From the NCBI GenBank assembly GCA_965248445.1, contig CBDFJG010000004.1, positions 1,632,001 to 1,696,000 of the forward strand: a stretch of DNA of 64,000 nucleotides, written 5' to 3'. Source of the stretch: Planctomycetota bacterium (lineage in GTDB: Bacteria > Planctomycetota > JAJSAM01 > JAJVHW01). The notes under the pieces are model-generated. The model searched no databases, was not told the DNA's origin, and worked only from the letters and a program-made list of their open reading frames with translations. Of this stretch, positions 60,712 to 64,000 are shown in pieces (the stretch's first letter is position 1; the number at the start of each line of letters is the position of its first letter). Position numbers and translations under genes: made by a program.

Positions 60712-63199
60712 GCGGACTCGTCCCCCTACTGGCCGAGACGACACGCAGCGAACTGCGCTGGCACTCCCTGCCCGCACCGTGGTGCTCGCTCTGATCATCG
60801 TGCCTTCGGTCTGCCTCGTTGCTTGGTGGGGCTACCACCGCGAGAAAGACGTCCCCCTGCGCGCCCGCCTCGTGCTGGCCGGGCTTCGTGCGGGCGCGCT
60901 GATCGCGTTCCTCCTGCTACTGTTCGCACCGTACGTCGAACTCTCGCGCATGCGGACCGTGCGCTCCCATCTGGTGGTGTTGCTCGACTCGTCGGACTCG
61001 ATGTCGACCTCCGACACGTACGAGCCCGCCGACGCGACGAAGCTGGCAAAGGCGGCCGGCACGCGCGTCAGCGAACTCGACGGACGGACCCGCTTCGACC
61101 TCGCCCGCGACGTCCTGGGCAACTCTGAGAGCGGCCTGCTCGAGCGATTCGCCGAGAAGTACCGCGTCCACGTCATGACATTCGGCGCGCAGGTGACCCC
61201 GGTCGCGAGCACCGGCGACACCGCCGACGACGACGCGCCGGACGCGGTGCCGCCGTCGGACAGACTGCGGCTTCGCATCGCGGAGTTGCGCTCGGGCGAG
61301 TCGTCGACGCGGCTCGGTCAGTCGGTTGCCAGCGTCCTCGACACATTCCGGCTCCGCGACGAGCCGGTCGCGGGTGTCGTCGTGCTCTCCGACGGTCAGA
61401 GCAACGCGGGCACGCCGACTCCGCTGGCAGCTGGGCGTCGCGCGTCGTCGCAGGACGTCCCGGTGTTCGCCGTCGGCGTCGGGGATCCGCGCTCCCCCAA
61501 GAACGTCCACGTCTCGAATCTGCGCGCGAAGGAAGTCGTGCTCGCGCGCGACACCGCGGTGTTCGAGTTCGACGTCAGCGCGCGTGGCTTCGAGGGCCGG
61601 CCGGCCGAGGTCGAGATGCGGCGCCTGGACGACAACGGTCAGCCGGCCGGCAGCCCCATGCCGCTGCGGCCCGCATCGATCCAGCTCGAGGGTGGTGATG
61701 GCGCGCAGCACGTTCGCGTCGTTCACACATTCCTGCGCGCCGGCACGTACTCGCTCCGGATCGGCGTGCCCCCGCAGGAAGAAGAGCGCATCACAAGCGA
61801 CAACTGGGTCACGCACACGATGCGCGTCATCGATCGAAAGATCCAGGTGCTGTACGTCGAGGCGCCGCCGCGCTACGACTACATCTACCTGTCGAACGCG
61901 CTGACCCGCGACCACGACACGATCCGGGCGCACACGCTGCTCATGGATGCGGACAACGACACGCCGCAGCCGGCGACGCGCGCTCCGGGCTGGAAGCCCC
62001 TCGATCTGCGCGACGGCTTCCCCAAGCGCGAGAAGCTCTTCGAGTACGACGTGGTGATCCTCGGTGACGTGGACCCGGACGATCTGGGCCGCCGGCGGGA
62101 CGAGTCGCGCGAGGTCCTGGCCAACCTCCACGAGTTCGTGGAGACGGGCGGCGGCCTGATCCTCATCGCCGGAGCGCGTGACAACCCCAGCAGTTACAAG
62201 GGCACCGAGCTCGAGCCGCTCCTGCCGATCGTCGTCGACCGGACCGCCGAGAGTCTCGATCCGCAGGTCGATCCGCGGTCCGGCTTCCCCCTTCGCATCA
62301 CGCAACAGGGCGAGCGCAGTCCGCTCGTGAACGTGGCCGGAGACATGGAACGGTCGAAGGCGCTCTGGGAAACGTCGCGGTACTGGCAGCAGTTTTGGGT
62401 CTACCCATCACTGCGGGCCAAGTCGCTGGCGCAGGTGCTCGCCGTGTCCGGCCATCCCGAACACGAGAACAAGTTCGGCAAGCGACCGGCCATCGCCACG
62501 ATGAAGTACGGACGGGGCCGCGTTCTGTTCGTCGGTGTGGATGATCTGTGGCGCACACGCAAGGGCGTCGGCGATCTGTACTTCTATCGCTTCTACGGCG
62601 AGGCGGTGCGGCTGCTCGCGACGTACAAACTGCTCGGCGGAAACCGCCGTTTCAAGATCCTGACCGACCGCGATCAGTACGTCCTCGACGACACGGTCCG
62701 TGTGACGCTCGACGTGCTCGACAGCGACTACAAACCGTCCACCGAACCGAATCACACGGTGCGGCTGGAGATGCCGGGCGACCAGCCCGGCGATCGCGAG
62801 ACCGTGGATATCGAGATCCCGGCCGTCGGTAAGGAGGAGCCGGGCACGTTCCGGAAGACGATCACGCCGACCCGGTCCGGGCAGTACCTGCTCTACCGCG
62901 ATGCCGACGCGCCGGGCGAAGAGCCCGCGAAGAAGCTGTTCCAGGTCGTCCGCAGCACTCTCGAGGACCGCGATCTCCTGCTCGACGAGGCGACACTGGG
63001 CGGGATGGCGCGCGAGTCGTCCGGCGGACGATATCTGAACCTATGGGACCTGCCCGAGCTCGATCCACCGGCCCGAAGCCAGCCCGTGCCCACTGACGTG
63101 CGCCCGGACGAACTGTGGGACAATTGGTGGGCACTGGTGCTGGCCATCTCGCTGCTCGCGGCGGAGTGGCTGCTCCGCAAGCGATTCCAGATGGTGTGA
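60708..63199 (+). CDS. vWA / glutamine-amidotransferase-like membrane protein (probable single-base frameshift near 60780)
   Basis: GTGA overlap at 60708 gives MSGLVPLLAETTRSELRWHSLPAPW; main frame from 60779 has LDSSDSM, LSDGQSN, YDVVILGDV, AEWLLRKR. Confidence 0.85.
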
Positions 63200-64000
63200 G
63201 ACCGACGACCACCCGCCACCGCCCCACTGCGTGGACGGCGAGCGCCTTGCTCGCGGTCGCGCTGGCCGTGACCAGCGCGCGGCCCGCCGCAGCGCAGGAT
63301 GCGCCGGAGGCAGAGGACCACGAGGGCCAGTCGTTCCAGGTCGGTGACGCCGACGAGTTGCGCCGCAGACTCGACGACTTCGAACGCCTCTCCGCGGCAG
63401 AGGACTGGGAACTCGCCGTCGACGAGCTTCAGGCGCTGCTCGACGTGCCACCGGAACAGGGCCTCGTCATTCGCGTGCGCGGCAACGGCATGCCGCGTTA
63501 CCACGGCGCGGGACACGTCGCGCACCGGATGTTCGCGGCATTGCCCCCGGCCGGCCGCGCGGAGTGGGAGGAGCTCTATCGCGCCGACGCGGAGGCGCTC
63601 CTCGACCGCGGCCTGCGGCTGCGCAACGACGCCGACCTCGCGGCGGCCATCCAGCGCTACCCCGCCGACGACGTCCGCCGCCGCGCGTACGACGCTCGAG
63701 CGCGTCTCGCATTCGCCCGCGGACAGTTCGCCTCCGGACGCGCAGCGCTGGAACGCCTCGCTACCCTCGCGGAGACGGATGCCGAGCGCGCGGGTATCAC
63801 CGCGCGGATCGCGTTCGCGCTCGCGCAGTCAGGTGACCGCATCGGCGTCGACCGCCTGATCACTCTTTCGGGAACACTGAAGGAGGAGCAAGTTCCCGGC
63901 GGCGACGGCCTCGTGCGCCTCGGTACGTTCCTCCGCGACATGGCCCGCGCGGCCGGACCGGCCACGGCAAGCGGCGGCTGGCCGATGTACGGCGGCGCAA
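63196..64000 (+). CDS. Secreted protein, probably a PQQ-type beta-propeller with a helical N-terminus (runs off the window)
   Basis: Not in the ORF track. GTGA overlap; signal peptide (AAA/QD); helical region; ends at GWPMYGG, the usual start of PQQ-like propellers. Confidence 0.75.
   Translation, partial: MRPTTTRHRPTAWTASALLAVALAVTSARPAAAQDAPEAEDHEGQSFQVGDADELRRRLDDFERLSAAEDWELAVDELQALLDVPPEQGLVIRVRGNGMPRYHGAGHVAHRMFAALPPAGRAEWEELYRADAEALLDRGLRLRNDADLAAAIQRYPADDVRRRAYDARARLAFARGQFASGRAALERLATLAETDAERAGITARIAFALAQSGDRIGVDRLITLSGTLKEEQVPGGDGLVRLGTFLRDMARAAGPATASGGWPMYGGA

Overview
High-GC (~70%) bacterial window that looks like a Planctomycetota genome: ECF sigma factor with a C-terminal extension, MoxR-DUF58-BatA/vWA operon, HEAT-vWA protein, and secreted proteins with DxDxDG motifs. 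It is heavily invaded by IS elements: two IS66-type families, IS1380 (a tandem duplication, a single copy and a 26-bp end fragment) and two IS3-family elements, one as an inverted pair. It also carries a decayed HK97-like prophage packaging/head module (44.4-54.7 kb) and two tRNA genes (Ile2-CAT and Leu-TAA). Three results go beyond the ORF track. (1) Two genes have in-frame UGA codons followed by bacterial SECIS-like hairpins: a W-U-P-A-C thioredoxin (6.4-6.6 kb) and an apparently unfamiliar secreted protein with Sec at residue +2 of the predicted mature chain (30829-31482). (2) A family of small membrane-anchored genes has a conserved leaderless promoter, conserved N- and C-termini and unrelated middles; one member can be rebuilt across an IS3 insertion and inversion. 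(3) A ~150-bp upstream module is shared by the two tRNAs that read the rarest codons (AUA, UUA). Several frameshifts may be sequencing indels. All product calls come from motif recognition by eye; no database searches were run.
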